Of a stretch of 64,000 nucleotides of DNA, positions 27,861 to 37,809 are shown one piece after another. Position numbers and translations under genes: made by a program. How positions within the stretch are numbered: position 1 is the stretch's first letter; each line of letters begins with the position of its first letter. The notes under the pieces were generated by a model that made no database searches, was not told where the DNA came from, and saw nothing but the letters and a program-made list of their open reading frames with translations. Source of the DNA: Actinomycetota bacterium (GTDB taxonomy: Bacteria; Actinomycetota; Acidimicrobiia; Acidimicrobiales; Ilumatobacteraceae); NCBI GenBank assembly GCA_005787785.1, contig SXZT01000038.1, positions 41,816-105,815 on the forward strand. The letters are read 5' to 3'.

Positions 27861-28613
27861 ATGGATCTCGGGCTGAAGGGCAAGAAGGCGATCGTCACGG
27901 GCGGCAAGCGCGGTCTCGGACTCGCCACCGCACAATTGTTGGCGCGCGAGGGTTGCGACGTCGCGATCTGTGCGCGCGGAGACGTGGCTGACGCTGTCTC
28001 GAGCATCGGTGCTCTCGGTGTGAAGGCATACGGCGAAGGCATCGATGCAGGGGACGGTGCTGCGTACAAGGCGTGGTTGACGAAAGCCGCCGAACAACTT
28101 GGTGGTTGCGACATCTTCATCCACAACATGTCGGGTGCTTCGGGTCGCGGCGAAGAGCAGTGGGTCAAGAACCTCAACCTCGACGTGCTCGGCCTCGTCC
28201 GCGCCGCCGAAGTGCTCGGACCCGTCATGGAGGCGGGCGGCGGAGGTTCGATCGTGTGTCTCAGCAGCATTGCCGCGCAAGAAGAGTTCGCCGGACCCGG
28301 GAGCTTCGGTCCGATGAAGGCAGCGATGGTGGCATACGCCGCGAACCTTTCGCAGTCGCTCGCCGCAAAGGGGATTCGCGTCAACATGGTTTCGCCCGGT
28401 CCGGTCTTCTTCGAGGGCGGCAACTGGGACGTCATCAAGCAGAACATGGCCGACTTCTACAACACGATCGTGAACAAGATGCCCGTCAAGCGTCTCGGCG
28501 ACCCCGTCGAGATCGCCAATGCGATCGCTTTCCTCGCCTCGCCGGCCGCCAGTCTCATCACGGGCGCGAACCTCGTGATCGACGGCGGCTACACGAAGCG
28601 CATCAATTTCTGA
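27861..28613 (+). CDS. SDR family protein with atypical active site (Phe in place of catalytic Tyr)
   Basis: ATG 27861 with AGGGGG RBS. TGGKRGLG cofactor motif and ...SS... Where YxxxK is expected the sequence reads FGPMK (TTC 28305-28307, AAG 28317-28319). The upstream part of ORF 26733..28613 is antisense to two real genes. Confidence 0.85.
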   Translation: MDLGLKGKKAIVTGGKRGLGLATAQLLAREGCDVAICARGDVADAVSSIGALGVKAYGEGIDAGDGAAYKAWLTKAAEQLGGCDIFIHNMSGASGRGEEQWVKNLNLDVLGLVRAAEVLGPVMEAGGGGSIVCLSSIAAQEEFAGPGSFGPMKAAMVAYAANLSQSLAAKGIRVNMVSPGPVFFEGGNWDVIKQNMADFYNTIVNKMPVKRLGDPVEIANAIAFLASPAASLITGANLVIDGGYTKRINF

Positions 28614-28626
28614 GCGCACCTTCGCG

Positions 28627-29433
28627 GTGACCGGTCGCATCAACGTCGTCCTCGTCGTCGGTGGGAAGTGGCACGACTTCGACTTCGCTCGACTCGAGTT
28701 GCTGAAGCTCCTCGCGGTCGACGATTGCATCAGAACGCAGGTCTCGTCCGACTACGAGAACGTCGGTCTTCTTTCGGATGCCGACGTTCTGATCACATAC
28801 ACCTGCGACGTGCGGCCTTCGGTAGACGCCCAAACGGCCATCAAGGATTGGGTGTCGCGCGGAGGTCGGCTCTTTGCCCTGCACGCCACGAATTCGGCGA
28901 TCGACGGTCCCGACTCTTTCGGGCCCGACTTCGAGACACCCGATGCGATGCCCGTCTTCAGCGAGGTTCTGGGGAGTCGATTCCTCTCGCACCCAGCGAT
29001 CGAGCCCTATCCCGTCCGCGTGTCACCCGGTGCCGAAAGCGACCCGCTGGTCGTCGGGCTCGGCACGTTCCACGCAAACGACGAGTTGTACCTCTGTGAG
29101 ATGACGGCCGGCGTGGAGCCGCTGCTCGAGACGCGCTGGACCGGCACCACGCAGGGCTTTGCAACGGCCGATTGGCCCACCGACGAACCTCGCTACGTCA
29201 TGTACCGACGTCCGCTTGGGTCGGGATGTGTTCTCTACTTCACCCTCGGACACTGTCGGAGTCACTGGGACATGAAACACGCGCCGTTCGACGGCATGAG
29301 GTGGCCGACCATCGATCGCGGCTCTTGGGAGCTCGATGAGTTTCATGAAATTCTTCGCCGCGGGCTGGCATGGGCGACTATTCCTGCCGTCGAGAGATTC
29401 ACCATTGATTCGAGAACGGAGAACACATCATGA
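28627..29433 (+). CDS. ThuA domain-containing protein
   Basis: ...INVVLVVGGKWHDFDF...LHATN...DELY... pattern of the ThuA (trehalose-utilisation-like, class-I glutamine-amidotransferase-like fold) family. Stop overlaps the next start (ATGA). Confidence 0.65.
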   Translation: MTGRINVVLVVGGKWHDFDFARLELLKLLAVDDCIRTQVSSDYENVGLLSDADVLITYTCDVRPSVDAQTAIKDWVSRGGRLFALHATNSAIDGPDSFGPDFETPDAMPVFSEVLGSRFLSHPAIEPYPVRVSPGAESDPLVVGLGTFHANDELYLCEMTAGVEPLLETRWTGTTQGFATADWPTDEPRYVMYRRPLGSGCVLYFTLGHCRSHWDMKHAPFDGMRWPTIDRGSWELDEFHEILRRGLAWATIPAVERFTIDSRTENTS

Positions 29434-30449
29434 AAGCAGCACTGATCACCGGATTTCGCACGATGGAATTCGTCGAGTTTCCCGATCCGACGGCAACAGC
29501 AGGCAAGGCCGTTGTTCACGTCGACTCGTGCGGTATCTGCGGTACCGACCTGCACGGGTTCCTGTCGAAGGATCCCTACAACCCGGCGATCTGCGGCCAC
29601 GAGTTTTCCGGGACGGTTTCCGCAGTCGCACCTGACGTTCGCAATGTGCGAGAGGGTGACCGCGTTGTCTGTGGCGTGTCGGCGGCTTGCGGACGGTGCC
29701 CCGATTGCGTTGCGGGTCGCACGAATTACTGCACCTACGCGTTCTTGAATGCGCTGGGTCGCGATCCCCTCGCGCCTCCACACGGTGCGTTCGCCCCAGC
29801 GATTGCCGTCGACGCGTTGCGGCTCATCAGAACCCAGGCGTCGTTGACGAGCGACCAGGCGTCGATCGTCGAGCCGGCAACGGTTGCGTACCACGCAGTG
29901 ATGCGTACGCTTCCGATGCCCGGTGACGTCGTGGTCATACAGGGTTGTGGACCCATCGGTCTCCTCACATTGCAGGTCGCTCGCGCCGCAGGTGCGGGGC
30001 GCGTGATCGCCGTTGAACCGAACGAACTCCGTCGCGACAAGGCGATCGCCGTCGGAGCCGACGAGGCAATCTCCCCCGAAGAGGCCCGCGAGCGGTTCGG
30101 TGCCAAAGGTGCCGATCTGGTCTTCGAGTGTGCTGGCGTTCCACCGACCATCCAGAGCGCCGTTGAATTCGTTCGCCGCGGCGGACGTGTCAATCTCGTC
30201 GGCCTTGCGTCGGGCGCGGCGACCATTTCGCCCCAGTCGTGGTTGATCAAGGAAGTCTCCTTCGTTGCGTCGCTGGCTTACAACCATCACGACTTCGTGG
30301 AGACGATGAATCTCATGGCCGACGGGAGAATCAAGGTCGACCCGTTGCACGACAAAACGGTTGGATTGAGTCAGTTGCCGGAAACCATTGCCGAACTTGC
30401 CGACGATCCGTCGAGCGCCGTCAAGGTTCTCGTGGATCCGGCACGCTGA
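29430..30449 (+). CDS. zinc-dependent alcohol dehydrogenase (MDR family)
   Basis: CGICGTDLHG, GHEFSG, structural-zinc Cys cluster CGRCPDCVAGRTNYC, and Rossmann motif GCGPIGL. Confidence 0.9.
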   Translation: MKAALITGFRTMEFVEFPDPTATAGKAVVHVDSCGICGTDLHGFLSKDPYNPAICGHEFSGTVSAVAPDVRNVREGDRVVCGVSAACGRCPDCVAGRTNYCTYAFLNALGRDPLAPPHGAFAPAIAVDALRLIRTQASLTSDQASIVEPATVAYHAVMRTLPMPGDVVVIQGCGPIGLLTLQVARAAGAGRVIAVEPNELRRDKAIAVGADEAISPEEARERFGAKGADLVFECAGVPPTIQSAVEFVRRGGRVNLVGLASGAATISPQSWLIKEVSFVASLAYNHHDFVETMNLMADGRIKVDPLHDKTVGLSQLPETIAELADDPSSAVKVLVDPAR

Positions 30450-31173
30450 GCCCGCACTTCGGGAAGATCCGAGCAAACGAGGCATTCCACGTCTCTTTCC
30501 ATTCCGGCGTATCGATGTCATCGGGGATTGCGACGAGGTCCGCCTCGCGGCCGAGGCATTCGGCCTCTTCGACGGTCACGGCGACACCCGCCGCCTCGGC
30601 TATCGCGGTGCCCATTGCGACGTGTGCGGTCAGCAGATTCTCATCCGAGGGAATGGGGTCGTCCGTCGAAGGTAGTGACGTCGACGTGGGAGGCGTATCT
30701 ACAACGGTGTCCGGCGGGATACTTCCGTTGATCAAGGTTTCTTCGCAGGCTTCGATGACATAACCACTCAAACGAGCCAGATGCCTGCGCGTGTTGACCG
30801 AACCGATGGCGGAAAGCGCCCCGTCGAGCCGTTCGTCGCCCACGAACCTGGCGGTGTCCCAGTCGAGGACCTCCAAGGCGCCGTAAAGACTGCGAAGGCG
30901 CGCCAACAACGTCGAGAGATCACTGACGATGCTCCCGGGTGCAACGTCGAGGGCCGCAGTCAGGTTGGCCAGATCCTCGTCTATCTGGCTCCGCAACACT
31001 GCGGCATTCATTGCCTTCGTATCTTCGGCCAGTTCCCCCACGCGAAGGACAGCTGTCTCGATCGCAACACTGCGATCACAGATTGCATCCCGCTGGGTGT
31101 CTCCTGCGCTGCAACCGGCAACAGCTGATACGAGAACTATCGCAACGGTTGTCCGGAACACTCGACACGACAC
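30421..31173 (-). CDS. hypothetical lipoprotein
   Basis: Signal peptide with lipobox ...LVSAVAGC. TAGTTT box 7 nt upstream of GTG 31173. No family recognised. Confidence 0.6.
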   Translation of the reverse strand: MSCRVFRTTVAIVLVSAVAGCSAGDTQRDAICDRSVAIETAVLRVGELAEDTKAMNAAVLRSQIDEDLANLTAALDVAPGSIVSDLSTLLARLRSLYGALEVLDWDTARFVGDERLDGALSAIGSVNTRRHLARLSGYVIEACEETLINGSIPPDTVVDTPPTSTSLPSTDDPIPSDENLLTAHVAMGTAIAEAAGVAVTVEEAECLGREADLVAIPDDIDTPEWKETWNASFARIFPKCGLSVPDPREP

Positions 31174-31206
31174 GCTGCCGAAACTACCTGCTCGAACCCT
31201 CGAACT

Positions 31207-33012
31207 TCAGCCGCTCGTCGTGGCGACCCATGTTTCATACAGCGAGGCGTAACGCCCCCCCATAGCGAGCAGTTGGTTATGGCTGCCGTCCTCAACGACC
31301 AGACCATCCTCCATGACAAGGATGCGGTCGGCGCGCATGGCGGTGCTCAATCTGTGCGCAATTGCAATTGTCGTACGACCTTCGGACAACGCGTCGAATG
31401 CACGGGAGATACGAATCTCGATGAGCGGGTCGACGGCCGATGTGGCTTCGTCGAGGACGAGCAAGCGCGGCTCGGCAATCGCCGACCGCCAGAGAGCCAC
31501 GAGTTGACGCTCCCCGGCGGACAGATCGTTTCCTCGTTCGCCCACGGGCGTCGACAACCCGTTCGGCAGGGACGACAGCCATTCATCGAGTCCGAGTCTC
31601 CGTGCGATCCCCCAGCATCTCTCTTCGTTCAAATTCGAATCGACGAAGCGCAGATTCGACAGCACCGTTCCGTCGAACAAAAAAGGTTCCTGGGGAACGA
31701 AGGTCAGGACTGAACGTAGATCGTCGCGAGAGACGTCGGTCAGCGACACGCCACCGATAGAGACCGTGCCCGACGAGGGGTCGACCAGTCGCGACACCAG
31801 TCGACCCAGGGTCGTCTTGCCCGAGCCGGTCGAGCCGATGACAGCGACATGCTGGCCGAAGGGAATGTCGATCGTTACGTCCCGCAGGGCAAAAGGATCC
31901 TCTGCTCCGTCGTCTCGGTCTGTCGTCGACCTCGATTGGTAGGCGAACCAAACGCGCGTGAAACGTATGTCGAGACGCGTGGGCGGCAGCGGGCGTGGGG
32001 CAAGTGGTTCGGGTGGTCCTATCGGAGTGTCCAGGACCTCAAGAATCCTCGACAAACCTGCGACGGCTGCCTGAGTGTTGTCGATGATTTCCGTGAATTC
32101 GGCGATCGGCTCGAGGAATCGGTAGGTGAGGAAAATGAATCCGACGACTGCGCCGAGACTGAGACCCGCCTCGGGTCCGCGGAGGATCGCAGTCACGGAG
32201 ATCGCGACGATCGTGAGAACCGAGAACAGTTCACCGATCGGGAAGAGAATCGCGCCGAGCACACCGGCTCGAATCTGCGCCCTGTAACGGGCCTTCATCG
32301 TCGCGATGAGTCGTGATGCGTACGCGTCACGCTGGCCGTAGGCCACCAGCACGTCGGCGCCGTTGACAAATTCGGCGGCTTCGGCGAAATAGGCCCCGTT
32401 CATTCTTCGCGCCTCTTCGTACGACTTGACGAGCCGCAGTTGAACTCGCCGGAAACCGTACATCAACGGCGCTGCAACCATGAAGGCCACGATGGCGAGA
32501 AGCCAGTCGTACGACAGCATGATCATGGCGATGACGAACATCAACGTGCCGTCGAGCAGCCATGCGAGGGCACCCCAAGAAAAGAACTGCCCCAGAGTCT
32601 CGATGTCGCTCGTCACTCGCGCGACGAGAGCACCCTTTTTTTCCTCGTTGTGGTAGGCGATGCTCAGGCCATGGATGTGTTCGAACAACTTCACACGCAG
32701 GCCGTAGAGAGCTTCTTCGCTGCGCATTCCGAGGCGTCGTATCGCGGTACGAAGGCACCAAGCCGACAAAGCGACGACGAGGGCGCACGTGCCGCAGAGG
32801 GTCACCACGAGCGTGTAGTCGACACCGCTCGCGGGTCCATCGCTGAAACCTCGGTCGATCACCTGTTGCACGAGGACTGGCACCGCGACACGTGTGCCCG
32901 TTCCGAGCAGCGCGAGAACAACGGTTGCGCCAAGGCCCCTGCGCAAGGCCGGACTGAGGGCGAGCCCCCGCGTGATGATGTTGACGGCACCGGACGAACG
33001 ATCACTGCTCAC
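31207..33012 (-). CDS. ABC transporter ATP-binding/permease protein (type-I exporter half-transporter)
   Basis: Six-TM exporter domain. Walker A GSTGSGKTT, signature LSAGERQ, Walker B LLVLDEATS. Start uncertain: GTG 33012 (11-nt overlap with the upstream gene) is preferred over ATG 33048 and ORF start 33189. Confidence 0.88.
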   Translation of the reverse strand: MSSDRSSGAVNIITRGLALSPALRRGLGATVVLALLGTGTRVAVPVLVQQVIDRGFSDGPASGVDYTLVVTLCGTCALVVALSAWCLRTAIRRLGMRSEEALYGLRVKLFEHIHGLSIAYHNEEKKGALVARVTSDIETLGQFFSWGALAWLLDGTLMFVIAMIMLSYDWLLAIVAFMVAAPLMYGFRRVQLRLVKSYEEARRMNGAYFAEAAEFVNGADVLVAYGQRDAYASRLIATMKARYRAQIRAGVLGAILFPIGELFSVLTIVAISVTAILRGPEAGLSLGAVVGFIFLTYRFLEPIAEFTEIIDNTQAAVAGLSRILEVLDTPIGPPEPLAPRPLPPTRLDIRFTRVWFAYQSRSTTDRDDGAEDPFALRDVTIDIPFGQHVAVIGSTGSGKTTLGRLVSRLVDPSSGTVSIGGVSLTDVSRDDLRSVLTFVPQEPFLFDGTVLSNLRFVDSNLNEERCWGIARRLGLDEWLSSLPNGLSTPVGERGNDLSAGERQLVALWRSAIAEPRLLVLDEATSAVDPLIEIRISRAFDALSEGRTTIAIAHRLSTAMRADRILVMEDGLVVEDGSHNQLLAMGGRYASLYETWVATTSG

Positions 33013-34702
33013 GGCGATCGCTTTCGTACGACTCCATGAGCTCCGCATAACGGGGACAACGCGCCAGCAATTCTTCGTGTGCGCCGCGGTCGAAAACGCG
33101 ACCGTCGACCAGAAAGACGACACTATCGAGGAGAGACACTGTCGATGGTCGGGAAGCGACGACGACGAGCGTTTTGTCGCCGATGCCACCGATGAGGTTG
33201 CGCATCACTGTGGCCTCGGTTTCGGGGTCGAGAGCCGACGTCGTGTCGTCGAGCACAACGACGTCCCGGTCCGCCAACAACGCCCTGGCCAGCGCAAGCC
33301 GCTGACGCTGGCCACCACTCAGCCCGACTCCGCGCTCGCCGACGGTCGTGGAGAGCCCCTCGACGAGCTCGGCTACGAATCCATCGGCATCGGCGACACG
33401 CAGGGCCTCGAAGATCTCGTCGTCGTCACGTTTCTGTCCGAAAAGCAGATTCTCCCGCAGGGTCGCGGCGAAAAGGAAAGTCTCCTGAAAGACGGGCGCC
33501 ACTCCCCGAGGACCCACGCGCACCGACCCTCGAAACGCGAGGGTTCCCGCCAGCACCCCGACAAGGGTGGATTTGCCTGAACCGGTTTCGCCCACGATCG
33601 CGATCGATTCCCCGGGGGCGATACGGAGATCGTCGACGATGAGCGTCGGCTCCGATTGTCCGAGGTGTGTGACCTCGAGATCCCGAATGTCCACCCCCTC
33701 CCCTTCGACCTTCTCGGGTGCGGCCATCGGGAGCACCGGATCAGCGAGTACACCGTCCACATGCGACAGTCCGGCACGTGAGTGGGGCAGTTCGCTCAGC
33801 GCGTAGCCGATAATCCGTAAGGGAAACGAAAGAAGAGTGAACAGGTAGACGAAACCACCGAGTTCACCGACGGTCATCCGACCCTCACCGACCCGCCACG
33901 AGCCAACGAGAAGCAGAACAACGATTGCCGTCGATGGGATGAGGTCGAGCAGCGACTCGAACAGCGAGCGATAGCGAACCGTCTTGATTCGAGCGTCGCG
34001 GAGTCTCTCAGCGACCCTCGACAAGCGACGGGCCTCTCTTTCTTCGGCGCCGAAGGCTTTGACCACCGTGACCGCCTCGAAACTCTCATGAACCGCCGAC
34101 GAGAGGTCCCCGAGATGATCCTGCGCTTCCGCAAAGAGCGCATCAACCCTGCGTTGATACCGAAGATTCACCCAGGCGAGCAGCGGAATCACGACCAATC
34201 CGATCGCACCAAGAATCGGATCGGACAAGACCATGGCAACCGCGGCGAAGCCGAGCAGCACGACCACCGACGACGCGAAAGGCAAGGGAGCCAGCATCGC
34301 TACGGCCGCCTCCGCGTCGACCGTCATGCGCGAGATCACATCCCCTGTCGTGCGGGTTCGCAACCACCACACCGGCTGCCTGCAGATTCGATCGACCACG
34401 GACGACGCGATCGTGCCCGCGGCTCTCCATTCGGTGATGCCCGCAAAACTGCGGCGCATCACGACGCCCCCGGCCCTCACCACTCCGATTGCGGTGATCA
34501 GGACCATCGCCGTCACGACTGCCCCGGTGCCGACCTTTCCGTTGTCGAATCGAGGCGCTATCGCTTGGTCGATGACCCGCCGCACCGCGTATGCCGACAA
34601 CACGGTGCAGATCGCGTAGGTGGAGGCACCAGCGACCGCGATGGCGAAGCTGCGCCGGTGGCCCCTCGTGATACGCGACACGAGCGACAGGAATTCCGAC
34701 AC
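33002..34702 (-). CDS. ABC transporter ATP-binding/permease protein (partner half-transporter)
   Basis: TM domain plus Walker A GETGSGKST, signature LSGGQRQ, Walker B VVVLDDTTS. Forms a heterodimer-type gene pair with 31207..33012. Confidence 0.9.
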   Translation of the reverse strand: MSEFLSLVSRITRGHRRSFAIAVAGASTYAICTVLSAYAVRRVIDQAIAPRFDNGKVGTGAVVTAMVLITAIGVVRAGGVVMRRSFAGITEWRAAGTIASSVVDRICRQPVWWLRTRTTGDVISRMTVDAEAAVAMLAPLPFASSVVVLLGFAAVAMVLSDPILGAIGLVVIPLLAWVNLRYQRRVDALFAEAQDHLGDLSSAVHESFEAVTVVKAFGAEEREARRLSRVAERLRDARIKTVRYRSLFESLLDLIPSTAIVVLLLVGSWRVGEGRMTVGELGGFVYLFTLLSFPLRIIGYALSELPHSRAGLSHVDGVLADPVLPMAAPEKVEGEGVDIRDLEVTHLGQSEPTLIVDDLRIAPGESIAIVGETGSGKSTLVGVLAGTLAFRGSVRVGPRGVAPVFQETFLFAATLRENLLFGQKRDDDEIFEALRVADADGFVAELVEGLSTTVGERGVGLSGGQRQRLALARALLADRDVVVLDDTTSALDPETEATVMRNLIGGIGDKTLVVVASRPSTVSLLDSVVFLVDGRVFDRGAHEELLARCPRYAELMESYESDRREQ

Positions 34703-34743
34703 ACGATTGTTCTAGCAGTTGCGCTGCGTCTAGCGTCTCGACA

Positions 34744-35253
34744 ATGAATCGTCTCGACGTTGCCAGCCTCTTGTTGCGTTTGGCACTCGGTCTGTGCATT
34801 TTTCTGCATGGCGCGAACAAGTGGCGATCGCCTGAATCCCGCAGGGGTACGGCCGGTTGGTTCTCTTCCATCGGTATGCGCCACGCAAAGGTCCAAGCCG
34901 CGATGGCCGCTTTCACCGAGATGGGCGCCGGCATCCTCCTCGTTGCGGGACTGTTCGTTCCCACAGCGTCGGCCGCGGTGCTGGCCACGATGGTGGTCGC
35001 GATAGTCGTCGCCCATCGACGTAGCGGCTTTTTCATTTTCAACGAGGGACAAGGTTGGGAGTACTGCGCGATGCTCGCCGTTGTCGCGATCGCGGTGTCG
35101 GGACTCGGCGGTGGACGTGTGAGTCTGGACAACGCCTTGGGGATCGACTACGGCGGTACCTGGGGCTTCGCGACGGGTCTTGTGCTGGGCATCGGGGGTG
35201 CCACGTTGCACCTTGCCGCGTCGTACCGACCGGGCGGATCGGCTGCGAAATGA
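34744..35253 (+). CDS. DoxX family membrane protein
   Basis: ...LLLRLALGLCIFLHGANKW... and four hydrophobic helices typical of DoxX. TAGCGT box 7 nt upstream of the ATG. Confidence 0.8.
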   Translation: MNRLDVASLLLRLALGLCIFLHGANKWRSPESRRGTAGWFSSIGMRHAKVQAAMAAFTEMGAGILLVAGLFVPTASAAVLATMVVAIVVAHRRSGFFIFNEGQGWEYCAMLAVVAIAVSGLGGGRVSLDNALGIDYGGTWGFATGLVLGIGGATLHLAASYRPGGSAAK

Positions 35254-35771
35254 ACTCCATCCAGCGTCTCGTCAAGCCAGCTCTGTTCATCGTCTGCTTG
35301 GGAATGGCGGCGATGTGGGTCTATGCCTTCGGTTTCGCCAGCAAAGAGTCGGTCAATCGCATCGGGGATACCGCCTGGCAGCAGTATGCGGAATCACGCT
35401 GCGCGGTCGCCAAGAAAGAGCGCATCGCGCTCGCCGACATGCGAAAAGTCAATGAAGTGGGTCCCGAAGCACTTCGTGAGCGAGCCACCATCGTCGACAA
35501 GGCGACCGACACCCTCGAGCGCGCAATTGACGACATCTCCGCGCAGCCGATCGCCGACGAGAAAGGCCGGGCAATCGTCCCGTTGTGGTTGGCCGACTAC
35601 AGCACGTACATCGCCGATCGACGCTCGTACGCCGACGATCTCCGGGCCGGGATCAACGAACCCTTTGCTGAGACCAAGGTCGAGGGAATCCCGATTTCCG
35701 AGAAGATCTCGACATTTGCCGCGGACAACTTGATGAAATCCTGCGGCGCGCCGATCGATCTCTCAGTCTGA
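35250..35771 (+). CDS. membrane-anchored hypothetical protein
   Basis: ATG 35250 overlaps the DoxX stop (ATGA). N-terminal TM helix ALFIVCLGMAAMWVYAFGF followed by a soluble domain. No family recognised. Confidence 0.55.
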   Translation: MNSIQRLVKPALFIVCLGMAAMWVYAFGFASKESVNRIGDTAWQQYAESRCAVAKKERIALADMRKVNEVGPEALRERATIVDKATDTLERAIDDISAQPIADEKGRAIVPLWLADYSTYIADRRSYADDLRAGINEPFAETKVEGIPISEKISTFAADNLMKSCGAPIDLSV

Positions 35772-36428
35772 GACTCGCTGCCAACCGCCTTCGGGTGACC
35801 ACTTCTTGATCACCCTCGCGGGCGCACCGACAGCCACGCAGCGATCGGGAATCACACCCGAGACGACCGAGTTCGCCCCCACGGCGACGTGTCGTCCGAT
35901 GCGTGCACCCGGCAAAACCACTGTCCCGTGACCGAGCCAACTCCCGTCCCCGATGGTCACCGGTGACTCTGGTTGCGACTGCTGCGAGATCGGCACATCC
36001 GGATCTTCGTAGCCGTGGTTCTGGTCCGTGATGTACACATGATGACCCGTCCACACGTCGTTGCCGATTTCGATCGCAAGATGACCGACGATTCCACTGC
36101 CTCGACCGATCAGACACCGGTCGCCGATCTTCACAACTGGCGAGGTCACACACTCCTGACCGGGAACCATTCCTGCGGACAATGCCACGTTGGGTCCGAT
36201 CATCGTGTCGCGTCCGATCTCGATGTACTGCTCGTTGAAGATCGTCGTGAATGGATGGCAGATGATGCTGCCCTCGCCGAAAGACGCAAACCCACGACCA
36301 CGACTCGTATCCGGGCCGATCGCTCCGTGCAGATGGATCCAACGACTTCCCGCGTCGATGGCCCGAAACGCTTGGGCGTTGAAATACCGACGGGCGTGAC
36401 GAGCTGCAGATCCCGACCACACGCCCAT
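35763..36428 (-). CDS. hexapeptide-repeat acyl/acetyltransferase (left-handed beta-helix)
   Basis: Repeated [LIV]-G-x4 hexapeptides (...IGDGSWLGHGTVVLPGARIGRHVAVGANSVV...). TAGATT box 6 nt upstream of the ATG. Confidence 0.8.
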   Translation of the reverse strand: MGVWSGSAARHARRYFNAQAFRAIDAGSRWIHLHGAIGPDTSRGRGFASFGEGSIICHPFTTIFNEQYIEIGRDTMIGPNVALSAGMVPGQECVTSPVVKIGDRCLIGRGSGIVGHLAIEIGNDVWTGHHVYITDQNHGYEDPDVPISQQSQPESPVTIGDGSWLGHGTVVLPGARIGRHVAVGANSVVSGVIPDRCVAVGAPARVIKKWSPEGGWQRVSD

Positions 36429-36480
36429 GTGTCGAATCTAACGCTCGCGGCGCGCATCCCCGCTTGGCTACCCTGCGCGT

Positions 36481-37290
36481 GTGGCGAAAGTCGGAAGTCG
36501 ACCTCGGGTCGCGTGGCTGGTCGGAGGGCATCCCTTCGATGCTCCTTCGCTGTCACGCCTGCTCGGCTCGCTCGATGCCGATGTGGACCTGGTCGAATGG
36601 CCAACGGCCGGTGAACTGTTCACCACGTCAGGCGTTCGGCGACTCCTCGACGATTTCGATGTACTCGCCCTCTACGACATGCCGGGGATCAAGTTCAAGA
36701 GAGGCGAGAGCCCGGAATTCATTGCGCCAACCATTGACGTCATTGCGGCGTGGGGCGCCCTGAACGACGCAGGAATGCCAATCCTGGCACTCCATCATTC
36801 GATCGCCTCGTGGCCCACATGGGCGGGTTTTGCGGAGATCCTCAAAGGCCGCTTTCATTACGCGCCTGCAACTCTTCGCGGTGTCGACTATCCGGATTCC
36901 GGGTACGCGATGAACGTGACACAGCGATTCAGCGTGGCCGCACCGGCTCATCCCGTTTGCACCGGTCTGCCATCGTCATTCGAGCTCACCGACGAGACCT
37001 ACCAATGTCCGATTTTCGACGACGAAGTCGAGGTACTCATTCGCACCGATGCCCCACGCGAGGACTCGCACCACTCGTCGGCGTTTGCAGCGGTGCGACG
37101 CGAGACGAACACGACTTGGCGGCACACACCTGCCTCGACCGCGGTTGCGTGGACACATCTTTGCGGGGCTTCACACGTGGTCTACCTGCAACCCGGGGAA
37201 GGCCCCGAGTCGTTCGACAATCAGTGGTACCGCGTCATCATCAACAACGCCGTGCATTGGCTCTCGCAGCAAAAGCCGGGTCTCCGTTGA
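36481..37290 (+). CDS. ThuA-like domain protein
   Basis: ...VAWLVGGHPFD...LALHHSIASWPTW... resembles the ThuA-family layout. GTG start has a TACCCT box 6 nt upstream. Confidence 0.55.
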   Translation: MAKVGSRPRVAWLVGGHPFDAPSLSRLLGSLDADVDLVEWPTAGELFTTSGVRRLLDDFDVLALYDMPGIKFKRGESPEFIAPTIDVIAAWGALNDAGMPILALHHSIASWPTWAGFAEILKGRFHYAPATLRGVDYPDSGYAMNVTQRFSVAAPAHPVCTGLPSSFELTDETYQCPIFDDEVEVLIRTDAPREDSHHSSAFAAVRRETNTTWRHTPASTAVAWTHLCGASHVVYLQPGEGPESFDNQWYRVIINNAVHWLSQQKPGLR

Positions 37291-37793
37291 GTAGCAGTGA
37301 TGCCGCAACCCGGGCCGTGATGGATGTGAGTCACCGTTACGCGGCGGGCATTGACCGCCGGGACTGGGACCTGTACCGCGAGTGTTTCACCGACCCGTGT
37401 GAATTCGACTTCTCGAGTTTCAGAGGAAGACCCGCGTCTCGGATGCCTCGTGATGCATGGGTCGACAACGTCAGGCGAACGAACGGTTCGTTCGATGCGA
37501 CGCAGCACCAAATGACGAACCAGATGGTGGCGTTCCGCGATGAAGACGTCGCAACGTGCATCACCGAACTGCGTGCCCAACACTGGTTTGCGCCGGCCAC
37601 GATGGACCGACTCGGTCACGCCGGAGAGGTCAATTTCTGCGAACTCGGCGGGCACTACACGAACGAGATCGTTCGTCAGGATGGCGTCTGGCGTATCGCG
37701 CGCTGCGAACTCACCGTTCGCTGGCAAACGGGAAGCATGGCTATCTTTGATCTCGCGCGCGCAATCGGCGCGGGAACCCTCTCGAAAGACTGA
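37287..37793 (+). CDS. SnoaL-like / NTF2-fold protein
   Basis: ...AVMDVSHRYAAGIDRRDWDLYRECFTDPCEFDFS... is the characteristic SnoaL_4-type N-terminus. TTG 37287 overlaps the upstream stop (TTGA). GTG 37317 and ATG 37320 are alternatives. Confidence 0.6.
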   Translation: MSSSDAATRAVMDVSHRYAAGIDRRDWDLYRECFTDPCEFDFSSFRGRPASRMPRDAWVDNVRRTNGSFDATQHQMTNQMVAFRDEDVATCITELRAQHWFAPATMDRLGHAGEVNFCELGGHYTNEIVRQDGVWRIARCELTVRWQTGSMAIFDLARAIGAGTLSKD

Positions 37794-37809
37794 ACGGAAC
37801 GCGACGACG

